Part shown: one piece after another, positions 17,041 through 25,601 of the stretch | How the letters are laid out: each line of letters opens with the position of its first letter | Numbering within the stretch: position 1 is the first letter of the stretch | Virus record (IMG/VR): IMGVR_UViG_3300032247_000762 | Coordinates: 1 to 30,678 of that record | DNA from: a virus | Taxonomy: Duplodnaviria; Caudoviricetes | Reading direction: 5' to 3' (one strand) | Length of the DNA stretch: 30,678 nucleotides | Program-made: the position numbers and the translations under genes | The notes under the pieces: model-generated | Told to the model about the DNA's origin: nothing | The model's database searches: none | The model's input: the letters and a program-made list of their open reading frames with translations, nothing else

Positions 17041-19841
17041 GGTGCGCCTCCAATGTCTTGTTTAATGGTTACGCCCAATACAGTCATAGGCAGGGGATCT
17101 GTGCCTTGAAGGGTAAACGTAGCATCCAGCTCGTATTGCGTTAGGCCGCCAACATCTAGCTCAAGGTCTAAAGGCTTGTCTGGATAAAAAGGAGGTGGGT
17201 TGCCAGAGTTTTCTGTAATTGGATAGGATTGTATATCAACTACGTCGCCTTGTCTTGTACCCCATTGTCCGCCAATGGAGTTAACCACACGCACATAAAG
17301 TTTACTGATAGCTCTTGTAAGACCTACTACCTCGCCTGCTCTACCATCTACGTCTAAGCGCATAGGCTGTAAATACCACTGAATAGGTAGACCTACCCAT
17401 ACGCAGTCACCTGTTTTTGGTACATAGTTATCTAAGATAACATTGCCATAGTTATTACAGGAAACGATACGGTAACTAATCATGCCTGTACCAGATGCGG
17501 GAATTAACGCCGCAGTTACAAAACGATTATACAAGCAAACAGGCAGGCCAGTTAAAACATTAGTTCCACCTGTAGTTGGGAAGTATTGGGTAGCGCAATC
17601 TGCAAAACAAGCTTGGGTCAAATCTGGCTGACCAACATTGTAGTTCTGCCATGCTATAGGATAGACACGTTCTATTTGACAAGTTGTTGCGTTTGCTGGG
17701 TTTCTTAAAACACTCACCCACACTTCGTCATCTGCCCCATTAGCTCCGTATATTACGGCTACAGAAATAAACTTATCGCCGTTGTCTTGACCCGTATCAT
17801 GTCTAGCCCATGCAAACATTTCTTGCTCCAAGCTATACGTCATGCTTATGAGAGTTCCGTCTCCGCATACAGCCCAAAGGATAGATTGATTTTCGAACTC
17901 TTGCTGATAGTCAAAATTCTTGATGCCCGAATTAGTAAGATGCTGAGAATAACTAAGTACATCTTGAGACATGTACTTATTCGTGAACACCGAGAATAAC
18001 ATCTGGTTGAAGTTGGTTCCGCGTCTCTGGACATAGAACGCAGCATTACCAATGATCTTTCCAGTTTGTCCTTGTATTGATCCATTAGCTGAATGTTCTA
18101 CGGCTGTAATGGATGTAGGGCTAATAGCAGTGTTAGGTTGTCCTGAGCCTATGATCCACTCTGCCGCAGCTAGTCCTGCCATAAGATCTGTTTGAGCATT
18201 AAGCCAGTTGATAGGACCGCGGCTAGGTGCGTTTAAATCAAAAGCTAGGCCATACGTAGGCTGAGACTGATCTATTAGCGCAAAGTTCTCTATGTCGTTT
18301 GTTTGTGTAGCCCAAACGCGTTGTGGTTGATATGACGTTGAAGCATACCACATACGTTGCTGATAGACAGTTACGGCTTGCGGGTATCCCCTAACATCAG
18401 ACCATGCGCCTTCTGACCAAAATGTTGTAGGTGTTGTAGCATATAAGGCATGTCCAACAACTATAGCTGTAGCTGTGTAAAGAGTGCTTACACCTGTAAT
18501 CTTAACCAGTCCGTAAACGTATTGATTATTTGCTGTAAGGACAACGCGTGGCGGTGTGGAGCTGGCAACAGTTGCTGTACTCCCACCGATAAAGCTAAAA
18601 GTATATAAACCACCAGTAAGCTCTTGGCCTGAGATTGAGTAGTTTGCATCGTTCTTACTAGTTAAGGTTACAATGTTTTGATAAGTGGTTCCGTTGTCGT
18701 AACTAACTTGGGCTGTAAAGTTACCTGTCCAAGTGCCATAGGTTTGTATTTCCCATGTTCCAATAACGTAAAGTGTAGTAGTTCCGCCATTCCAAGAACC
18801 ACTACCAAAGTTGTAATTGCCAGCACTTATAGTTGCAGCATCAAATTCTATGTTAGACGTAGGACGGTTGTACGCTAGTTGCCAATAAGATCCAACATGC
18901 CCAGATAGAAAAGTGTTTTGTTGTGTCCAATATCCAAGAGCTAAATCCTGACCAAACGAGCCACTGGAGTTTGATGTGTTAGATACAATACAATTATAAA
19001 TGTAAGTATTAACTCCGTCTGGACTTCCGCTCACTGTATTGCCTGGTACATAAACAGTGCTGTTAGCCCAAGCTGCATTAGGGTTAGCTGATAGCGTAAT
19101 ACTGCCAGACGTAGCAGAAGCTGTTAGGGTTAAATCTGTAGCGTTCTCATCCAACATTGCTGGCGTGAGAAACTGAACCTGCTGCATAGTCCAGTTGGTA
19201 TCTGAGTAACGTGTTAGCTTCCAAACAGGATAGTTAGGATGAACTATATAAACAACGTCGTTTATTTGTTCAAATTGTAAGCTGAATATATCAGCAGCCC
19301 AATAGTTAGGAGCTGTAAAGTTATTAGCGTTGTACGGCGTAGGTACTTGAAAGGCAGTTTGCGATCTCCAGAAATTGTTACCAATAGTTGTTCCTGGACG
19401 ATTGGTGCTGCTGGCTAACACAGGACCGTTATAACAATAATAGGTCACTCCTGCATAAACCACATAAGCTCCTATAGCGTACCATGTGCCGTTAGTGTAC
19501 GTTGGTAAGGTAGACTGCACTGTCTGTATCTGTGTAGCTGTAGTGCCACCTGTGTAAAATCTTATACCATTCTGAAAGAACTCTAGTATGTAGGTTGTTC
19601 CAGGAGCGTATTGAAATTTAACTAGTCTTGAAAGTGGTGATGTAAAAGCACCACGCGTCTGTCCTCCTTGTGCTACGAATTGCGTACCAGGACGTCTTGT
19701 AGCTCCTCCCTGTTTCATAGGAACCATGTTCCTTAGCTTGCGTGCGGCCTTTCTGTAGTTAGGCAAATCAACGCGAGAGTCCAACGTAGGCGACCATTCG
19801 CCTGCTGTGAACGCAGAGAGAGTATTAAGCGTGTGTGGCAT
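17037..19841 (-). CDS. Tail tubular protein B / nozzle
   Basis: N-terminal FTAGEWSPTL..RVD...Y...LRNM.P..QGGA.RRPGT, plus QINDVVYIVHPNYP, GYPQAVTVYQQRMWYA, EMFAWARH and QIER. 934 aa. Confidence 0.9.
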   Translation of the reverse strand: MPHTLNTLSAFTAGEWSPTLDSRVDLPNYRKAARKLRNMVPMKQGGATRRPGTQFVAQGGQTRGAFTSPLSRLVKFQYAPGTTYILEFFQNGIRFYTGGTTATQIQTVQSTLPTYTNGTWYAIGAYVVYAGVTYYCYNGPVLASSTNRPGTTIGNNFWRSQTAFQVPTPYNANNFTAPNYWAADIFSLQFEQINDVVYIVHPNYPVWKLTRYSDTNWTMQQVQFLTPAMLDENATDLTLTASATSGSITLSANPNAAWANSTVYVPGNTVSGSPDGVNTYIYNCIVSNTSNSSGSFGQDLALGYWTQQNTFLSGHVGSYWQLAYNRPTSNIEFDAATISAGNYNFGSGSWNGGTTTLYVIGTWEIQTYGTWTGNFTAQVSYDNGTTYQNIVTLTSKNDANYSISGQELTGGLYTFSFIGGSTATVASSTPPRVVLTANNQYVYGLVKITGVSTLYTATAIVVGHALYATTPTTFWSEGAWSDVRGYPQAVTVYQQRMWYASTSYQPQRVWATQTNDIENFALIDQSQPTYGLAFDLNAPSRGPINWLNAQTDLMAGLAAAEWIIGSGQPNTAISPTSITAVEHSANGSIQGQTGKIIGNAAFYVQRRGTNFNQMLFSVFTNKYMSQDVLSYSQHLTNSGIKNFDYQQEFENQSILWAVCGDGTLISMTYSLEQEMFAWARHDTGQDNGDKFISVAVIYGANGADDEVWVSVLRNPANATTCQIERVYPIAWQNYNVGQPDLTQACFADCATQYFPTTGGTNVLTGLPVCLYNRFVTAALIPASGTGMISYRIVSCNNYGNVILDNYVPKTGDCVWVGLPIQWYLQPMRLDVDGRAGEVVGLTRAISKLYVRVVNSIGGQWGTRQGDVVDIQSYPITENSGNPPPFYPDKPLDLELDVGGLTQYELDATFTLQGTDPLPMTVLGVTIKQDIGGAP

Positions 19842-20704
19842 TATCCGTTAGTGCTTCTCCAACGACTCCTAATGAATCGGGATTCGCTTACGATATTATA
19901 CCGACGTAGCTTATCTTCACCAGCATTTTTAGTACGGGCTTCAGAAAGAACTTGTTTGTATTCTTGTCTAAGACGTAACGAAAGGGTAGCATCATCTTTA
20001 CGCAGATCCGTGGCTATAGTTGCCGCGAGCTTTAAAGTTAATGCGTCTGTAAATAAACTGTCGTACTTAGTAGTGTCAGGCTGATATTGAACGTATTTAA
20101 TTACGGCAGACGCCTGATTGGTAAATAGTACATTCTGGAATATCTCGTGGCTTGCCCCTTGGCTACCAGCAGTACCCCATGCTGTTGCTCCACCACCCCA
20201 TACATTATTATTATTAAGTTCTATGAGGGTTATAAAATCGCTAGGAAGCTGGAACGTGTTAGACCATTCTGTGCCGTATCCATTGCCACCCATTCCTAGA
20301 TAGCTAGGAGAGAAATAGTTTGTTTGGAACCAATAGCCTTTAGTTAAGTCTGACGCAAAGTTGCTAGAGCTTACATTGGCTATTAGACATTGGTATAAGT
20401 AACTAGCGTATGTAACATACACATTAACCTGATAGGCTATACCAGGAGCCCATATGGTTGATGTTGAAGGAACGCCTGTATCTGTAGGCGTAATGTTTGT
20501 TGGTACTACAACAGGTGCTAGGCTGGCTACAGCCTTTAAACAATTCCACGGAGCTTCACGAGCTACCGATCCAAACGCTTCGTTCCATGCTACATTACAT
20601 GCAATAGCATTAGCATCTGTTTGGTTGTTTATACTTTGTATCTTACGTTGCCCTAATTGCATTAGAGCCAGATTACAAATGTCTGTCTGCGAGAGTTGTT
20701 GCAT
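19841..20704 (-). CDS. Tail tubular protein A / head-tail adaptor
   Basis: SQTDICNLAL..LG...I.S...A..C...PWN, FQLPSDFI and YDSLFTDAL..KLA..IA motifs. Confidence 0.88.
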   Translation of the reverse strand: MQQLSQTDICNLALMQLGQRKIQSINNQTDANAIACNVAWNEAFGSVAREAPWNCLKAVASLAPVVVPTNITPTDTGVPSTSTIWAPGIAYQVNVYVTYASYLYQCLIANVSSSNFASDLTKGYWFQTNYFSPSYLGMGGNGYGTEWSNTFQLPSDFITLIELNNNNVWGGGATAWGTAGSQGASHEIFQNVLFTNQASAVIKYVQYQPDTTKYDSLFTDALTLKLAATIATDLRKDDATLSLRLRQEYKQVLSEARTKNAGEDKLRRYNIVSESRFIRSRWRSTNG

Positions 20705-20709
20705 GTTAT

Positions 20710-20756
20710 AAAAAAGTTAGGGCTACCACCAGCGTCCAACTCGCGGATGATAGCCC
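20710..20756 (-). terminator. Rho-independent terminator-like hairpin after the capsid/decoration genes
   Basis: Minus strand GGGCUAUCAUC...GGUGGUAGCCC (11-bp stem with GU pairs) followed by UAACUUUUUU. This is the position equivalent to T7 Tphi. Confidence 0.65.
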
Positions 20757-20776
20757 ATATACTCTATGACGCCGAA

Positions 20777-21346
20777 TTAAGGTTTAATAACCTTTAAGCG
20801 GAATACTAAGGTACCACCAGTTGTAACGGTGGCTAATGTTGCGAATGTAGCAAATATCCATGCGCCTGACACACCAGTGCCAGCAGATGAACCTGTAGGC
20901 TCAACAGCTAATGCACCAATTTGGTAAGGGATGTTTAATGATACGCCACCTGTAAAGCCGATCTGCGTTGTTGTAGCAGCAGCGACGTTTAAGGCAGTTG
21001 AGTAGCGAGTAGCTGATGCAACTACAGCAGTGGAACCATAAATATAGTTACCAGTTGTGTCGTCGTCACCTACGGTGATTGTAGCAGTTGTTGCTATACC
21101 AGTTGAGCAGACAGAGCTGTAAGTTGGATCAATCATTGTACCTGGTTGTGCCAAGTATAAACGGATTGTGTCCGATGCTGCTTCTGTGCCTGTCATCGTG
21201 TACGTAGCAATAACTTCTTTTACAGAACCGATTTCTAATGCTGGATCGTTAAATCCTGCTGAACTTCCCTGAGCGGTCATACCGCCACCTGGGAAGTTTA
21301 GGAATGGTTGCTGTTCTGTTGCGATTGAAGAATAAAATGTAGCCAT
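20777..21346 (-). CDS. Capsid cement/decoration protein (Bbp16-like position)
   Basis: 189 aa, Thr/Ala/Gly-rich and beta-rich, immediately after the MCP and before the terminator. Confidence 0.6.
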   Translation of the reverse strand: MATFYSSIATEQQPFLNFPGGGMTAQGSSAGFNDPALEIGSVKEVIATYTMTGTEAASDTIRLYLAQPGTMIDPTYSSVCSTGIATTATITVGDDDTTGNYIYGSTAVVASATRYSTALNVAAATTTQIGFTGGVSLNIPYQIGALAVEPTGSSAGTGVSGAWIFATFATLATVTTGGTLVFRLKVIKP

Positions 21347-21376
21347 GGTAGTTTGTTCCTTTGTTAATTATTATTC

Positions 21377-22285
21377 TTATTGTGTTTCGTCACAGGAGAT
21401 GAGAACTACGCCAGCTTCTTCCATACGAGTTGCACCAGCAAAGTATGTGGTACGAACTTGGATTGCATGGGATTGCTGAGGTAAGATGTCGATCTTTGTG
21501 GACTGACCTTTTGTTTCACCAAGGAGTAAGAACTTCTTTTGGTAAGCGATACAGCTACGGATTGAAGGTGTACCAGCGGTTGGTAGTAATTGAGTGCGAA
21601 CAAAGCGGAAGCCAGCAAACTCATCAAGACGGCCTTTCATTAAAGCACGAACGTCGCTGTAGAGAACTGAGTCTACTTGGTCTACATTCAACAACAAATC
21701 ATAAAGCTGTTTAGCTGCATAGACTAAAACGCGATCGTTTTCTGGAACGTCGTTTGCGTCTAATACGTAAACTGCTTCAAGCAACTTTGCTAGAGTCATG
21801 CCTGTGTTTGTGTTGCCTGGGAACTGTACGCCAATTTGCTGAGAAGAAGGTAGTGCAGTTGCTGTTGTTGCTTGTGCGCCTGTGTAGTTAGTGCCAAGTG
21901 CAGCGTTGATGATGAGCTGATCCTTTAAACGATTAACAGCGATAGCGTGATTCATTGCGATAATGTTCTGTGGATCAGGGAGTGAACCGAGAAGAACTGA
22001 GTCATCCTCGTCAATCCATGTAGCTTTTTGATAAGCTGTTGGGATAACCCAACGGATAGCTGTAGGTACATCAGATGGTTCGGTCACTGCTGCACGAGCT
22101 GTTTTTTGGCTCATTGCATAGGACTGTGATCCCATTTGATCGTAGCGTTTTTGGTTACCAGCCACTGTGTCAGACACGTACATGCCTGCTAAACGGTGGT
22201 CGATTTGTTGCGCCATAATCTCGTGCCAGACTGTATCGAAAGCTGGCTCGTAATGCGGCGGTAGTGTAATAACTCCTGATGCCAT
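21377..22285 (-). CDS. Major capsid protein
   Basis: 302 aa with IDEDD...DP...A.AVNRLKDQLII.AA.G, LL...QV.S..Y..V.AL..G....F.GFRFV and GATRMEEAGVV. BPP-1-like HK97-fold capsid pattern. Confidence 0.9.
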   Translation of the reverse strand: MASGVITLPPHYEPAFDTVWHEIMAQQIDHRLAGMYVSDTVAGNQKRYDQMGSQSYAMSQKTARAAVTEPSDVPTAIRWVIPTAYQKATWIDEDDSVLLGSLPDPQNIIAMNHAIAVNRLKDQLIINAALGTNYTGAQATTATALPSSQQIGVQFPGNTNTGMTLAKLLEAVYVLDANDVPENDRVLVYAAKQLYDLLLNVDQVDSVLYSDVRALMKGRLDEFAGFRFVRTQLLPTAGTPSIRSCIAYQKKFLLLGETKGQSTKIDILPQQSHAIQVRTTYFAGATRMEEAGVVLISCDETQ

Positions 22286-22289
22286 TGTA

Positions 22290-22464
22290 GTAAAAAATTA
22301 AGTAAGTTGTTTTCTCTATCGTTTGTTGCCCTACCCCCAGAGTATCACTTACGCGGTCTGGTTCTCGGAGCTGGTTATCCGATCGACCGCTGGGTCTAGC
22401 TAAGCTAGAGTGTCCTTTGTGTGGATCTGGCCCTATTGCAAGAGCCAGACCCCAGATCTGTCAA
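22290..22464 (-). promoter_or_regulatory. Structured MCP leader with possible sigma70-like promoter
   Basis: TTGACA (22464-22459), 18-nt spacer, TGCAAT (22440-22435). There is a 12-bp hairpin (22423-22452) and further stems CUAGC/GCUAG, UCGGA/UCCGA, GCGGUC/GACCGC and CCAGA/UCUGG. Confidence 0.45.
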
Positions 22465-22751
22465 GTGGTTTCCTCGGTAGAAATACCGATTAAATCCTTT
22501 TCACGTAACATAGTAACTAACTCACCATCAAACTCCCAGTCGTCTCCTGCCACGTTTTTGACCGCTACCCTATCGCCGACCTGTACCCAGTCGCATTTAG
22601 GGCCACGTCCAAGGACGGTAGCAAAGACGGTAGGACTAAAACGAGGGGTACGCTCAGCTATTGCAGGAATAACTATGCCTCCCATCGTTGTCTCTTTTGG
22701 TCTATCTTTTAACACTAATACTTTAACGCCAGTTGGAATGACGGTTCTCAT
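22461..22751 (-). CDS. groES: Co-chaperonin GroES (Cpn10)-like protein
   Basis: PTGVKVLV...ETTMGGIVIP mobile loop, ATVLGRGP, VQVGDRV and LREKDLIGI. 96 aa. Confidence 0.9.
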   Translation of the reverse strand: MRTVIPTGVKVLVLKDRPKETTMGGIVIPAIAERTPRFSPTVFATVLGRGPKCDWVQVGDRVAVKNVAGDDWEFDGELVTMLREKDLIGISTEETT

Positions 22752-23077
22752 TATTGTTTTTTAGGGACTTGAATAAACTCTGTTGTTGGTTCAACTATCT
22801 CTATATCAGATAGTTCTGTCAATTTATCTTTGTTTGTAACCTTAAGGATAAGGTTCTTAATTGGGTTATTAGTTGGAGGTAATCCTTGGGCCACCCTTCT
22901 GCGGGCTTGGATGACTGGCAGAATTTCTTCGTTGTACCTTTTGGCGGCTGCGTTGAAGTCAACGGAGACTTGCGGGACTTTCTTGGCTGCTTTTTTGGCA
23001 TATTGTTGTTCGTAGAGCTCGTCGTCGTGAGTCTCTTGAGCTTGTAGCTCCCTGTAAAGATCTTCGTGATTAGCCAT
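22751..23077 (-). CDS. Hypothetical protein (108 aa)
   Basis: Start re-called at ATG 23077 (TAATG overlap with the scaffold stop). Also coupled to groES. Confidence 0.6.
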   Translation of the reverse strand: MANHEDLYRELQAQETHDDELYEQQYAKKAAKKVPQVSVDFNAAAKRYNEEILPVIQARRRVAQGLPPTNNPIKNLILKVTNKDKLTELSDIEIVEPTTEFIQVPKKQ

Positions 23078-24114
23078 TAGCGTGACCCTCCTCTTTGCGG
23101 ACGATTGGATGCAGCTTTGACCCATAGCTTATTAACGCGGTTTACCACCTCGTCATGGTTCTTATGGTTCTTATCCCAATAGGCTTTATAGTCTGCATGT
23201 TCCTTATTGGTCGAAACATCCCTAGCTGCGGCGTTAGCTTGCTCAGGAGTCATTTGGTCTGGGGACAAAGACATGTTCTTTGCGCTTTCTCCCTTTACCA
23301 TACTATCTTCGCCTAGAGCTTTGCCTACCCGCATGAGGGCAGCAAAAACAGAAGCGTTCTTAAATGCAGGGTTGTTAGTGTCTATACCAAACCTTGCACC
23401 AGCACGTTCTGCTAAGTCTTTAGCCTTGGCATAATCTAGTCCTTCCTTCTGTGCTGTCTCCCTTATCAAACCATCTTGCTTTTGGAACCACTCTTGTTCC
23501 ATCTTCTGGTTCTGTTCTATAATCGTTTTAGTGTGGGCTATTTCTGCCTGTGCAAGCTTTTGCATAGCCGTAGGGGACAGACCCTCCTCATGTGCAACCT
23601 TTGCCATCATATTGGCGTAGTTTTGATCCCAGAGGTTGTCTGGTAAATCTTGTGGCTTAGTTAGGTTATAGCCTTCTGGATTCTCAGGAACGCCATTAAC
23701 ACGGCGTATTATAGCCTGATGTTCCGCCTTCATCTCTGGCGTAGCATCCTTTGGTAATGGGTCAATGATGCCTTTTTTGGTCGCTAGAGTTTTTAAACCA
23801 CCCCATGCTTTTACAAACTCATCGTGAGTTTTATAACGCTCTAAATCTGGACGCATTTTACGTACTTCATCAGGAGCTTTATCAAAAGCTGTATGATCTA
23901 ATGTGCCATCTTGTTTAATCCAAGATGTAAACCATGCCTCAGATTTGTTCTCGGTAATTGCCGTTGTAGCCTGATCCGTCTTTACTTCCGTTCCTGAGAA
24001 CGAAGAATAGTTAGGATCCAAACTACTTGGACTTGGAGCCGATGGGCTTGGCTGGGATGACTGACTTGTTGCTGTTTGTGGCGTTGGAGCTGCCACTGCT
24101 ACTGGTTCGGGCAT
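23077..24114 (-). CDS. Capsid scaffolding protein
   Basis: Pro/Ser/Thr-rich N-terminus, GVPENPEGY.L, A...GLSP..Q.L, L.RVGKALGED and a C-terminal Y....H..H...V..V..L. Lies between portal and MCP. Confidence 0.8.
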   Translation of the reverse strand: MPEPVAVAAPTPQTATSQSSQPSPSAPSPSSLDPNYSSFSGTEVKTDQATTAITENKSEAWFTSWIKQDGTLDHTAFDKAPDEVRKMRPDLERYKTHDEFVKAWGGLKTLATKKGIIDPLPKDATPEMKAEHQAIIRRVNGVPENPEGYNLTKPQDLPDNLWDQNYANMMAKVAHEEGLSPTAMQKLAQAEIAHTKTIIEQNQKMEQEWFQKQDGLIRETAQKEGLDYAKAKDLAERAGARFGIDTNNPAFKNASVFAALMRVGKALGEDSMVKGESAKNMSLSPDQMTPEQANAAARDVSTNKEHADYKAYWDKNHKNHDEVVNRVNKLWVKAASNRPQRGGSR

Positions 24115-24168
24115 TTGTTGGAATGGGTTGTCCTACTGGAACTTTAGTTATGTTGAGTATCTTAAACA

Positions 24169-24888
24169 TTAGAACGAGCTACCAGCGGAAGCAGCAGCAT
24201 GACGACGCCATACAACTTCTATGTCGCCCTTCTTTTCCATCTTATCAATTAACTCAGGAGAGTAACGATCTTCGTAAGGCTCGGTAGTAACTTGTACTAA
24301 ATCGCCGTTAACGTCTCTTGTTTCTTTAAGAATCTCTTTTTCAATAAATGTGATATGAGATGCACGACGAGCAATGATTTGATCGCGGGCTTTGAAACGT
24401 GTGGACATATACTCTCCACCATTCGTGCCAGGCTTTGGACGGCTATCAGTACGGATGACGTCTGCACGTACCCATAACTCACGCGGATCCTTAGGTGCTT
24501 CTTCGCCCTCTTTTAGTTTACGTATCTTAATGCCAAGAACATTTTGGAATTTGATTGGAGCCCATTTCTGTAACCAATCTAAATACGCTGGTGTTAAGTC
24601 ACCTTGCTGTGGGTGCATGTCAGGTATTGGCGGAGCTTTTGGACTGATAACGTCTGGCTTTTGGCCTTCCATTAACGTCTGCACAATCAATATCTTTTCG
24701 TTTGTTAGATAGGCTTCTACCGATTTGTGGTAGCTATCACGCATTTCTGCATCCTTCCAATAGATGGTTGTGTAACCGCCTGGGGGATCTAAGCGTGCCA
24801 GGACTGTCTTACGACCGCCATTGACGCCGTGTATACGAACAAGCTCATGCTTGTCGTTAATGTCTAATACTATTTGTGGAGTAGCCAT
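24169..24888 (-). CDS. Hypothetical protein (239 aa)
   Basis: Long ORF in the operon with tight spacing. No recognised motif. Confidence 0.7.
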   Translation of the reverse strand: MATPQIVLDINDKHELVRIHGVNGGRKTVLARLDPPGGYTTIYWKDAEMRDSYHKSVEAYLTNEKILIVQTLMEGQKPDVISPKAPPIPDMHPQQGDLTPAYLDWLQKWAPIKFQNVLGIKIRKLKEGEEAPKDPRELWVRADVIRTDSRPKPGTNGGEYMSTRFKARDQIIARRASHITFIEKEILKETRDVNGDLVQVTTEPYEDRYSPELIDKMEKKGDIEVVWRRHAAASAGSSF

Positions 24889-24894
24889 GTTGGA

Positions 24895-25200
24895 TTATGT
24901 TGTTGGTTTTCCTCTGCGAATTTTGAGAGGGCGTGGTTCTATACCTGCCTTTAGGATGTTACCCCTAATGTGGAGATAAACAGAACGCCTACCCTCGTTA
25001 AAGTAAGTCTTAAGGTGTGCAATCTCTCCGTCTGTACGTGCTTCCGCAGACAGAGCATTCACCTTACAATGTTTTTCTAAATCAGCCCAGACCAGTCTTT
25101 GGTCCGCATCTCTCGTGTCTAACGGCCCGAATACCTTTAAGTAGGCTAGTTCGAGTCTGCGTGCGTGAGAGATGGCGAGCTCGGTTGGATCGAGTGCCAT
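24895..25200 (-). CDS. Bbp19-like small head-assembly protein
   Basis: YLKVFG...VWADLEKHC...FNEGRRSVYLHI pattern, typical of the small gene after podovirus portals. Confidence 0.7.
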   Translation of the reverse strand: MALDPTELAISHARRLELAYLKVFGPLDTRDADQRLVWADLEKHCKVNALSAEARTDGEIAHLKTYFNEGRRSVYLHIRGNILKAGIEPRPLKIRRGKPTT

Positions 25201-25208
25201 GTTGTGTG

Positions 25209-25598
25209 TTAGTTAGCTGTAGCTGAGAATCCTTGCGCTGACCAATAAAGAGTAGCACCAGTTGTATTGCATTGAATGTATAATGCGTTACCAGGGCTAC
25301 TGTGTATTGGTGTAGTAAAATTAACTATGAATGGAACAGCATTAGTAGATGCATTGTTATGATCTGCGTAGCCAGTCCAGATAACAGTTGATCCATCTAA
25401 TATGCTAACAAGTGTAGACACTGTAGCATTTAAATTAATTAAGGATAGATCTGTTAAATAATTACGTAGCTGGCGTGATCCACCAACTAAATCAGTTTGT
25501 GTCTGCCCTGCAATTAGCAGAGTTGCGGTCGTGGTAGCTAAAGCGGTTGTGCCGCTTGTTGCCTGCCATTGGTATCTTAATGTGGTTGGTGTTGCCAT
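25209..25598 (-). CDS. Hypothetical beta-rich protein, possibly structural
   Basis: 129 aa, Thr-rich, with alternating hydrophobic pattern. Inserted between the portal and the Bbp19-like gene. Confidence 0.6.
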   Translation of the reverse strand: MATPTTLRYQWQATSGTTALATTTATLLIAGQTQTDLVGGSRQLRNYLTDLSLINLNATVSTLVSILDGSTVIWTGYADHNNASTNAVPFIVNFTTPIHSSPGNALYIQCNTTGATLYWSAQGFSATAN

Positions 25599-25601
25599 GA
25601 T

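Noticed and set aside
24023-24169. 48-codon ORF MFKILNITKVPVGQ... starting at the TAATG overlap
   Set aside because: It mostly overlaps the scaffold gene out of frame and has low-complexity content. It could be a coupling uORF, but nothing supports this.
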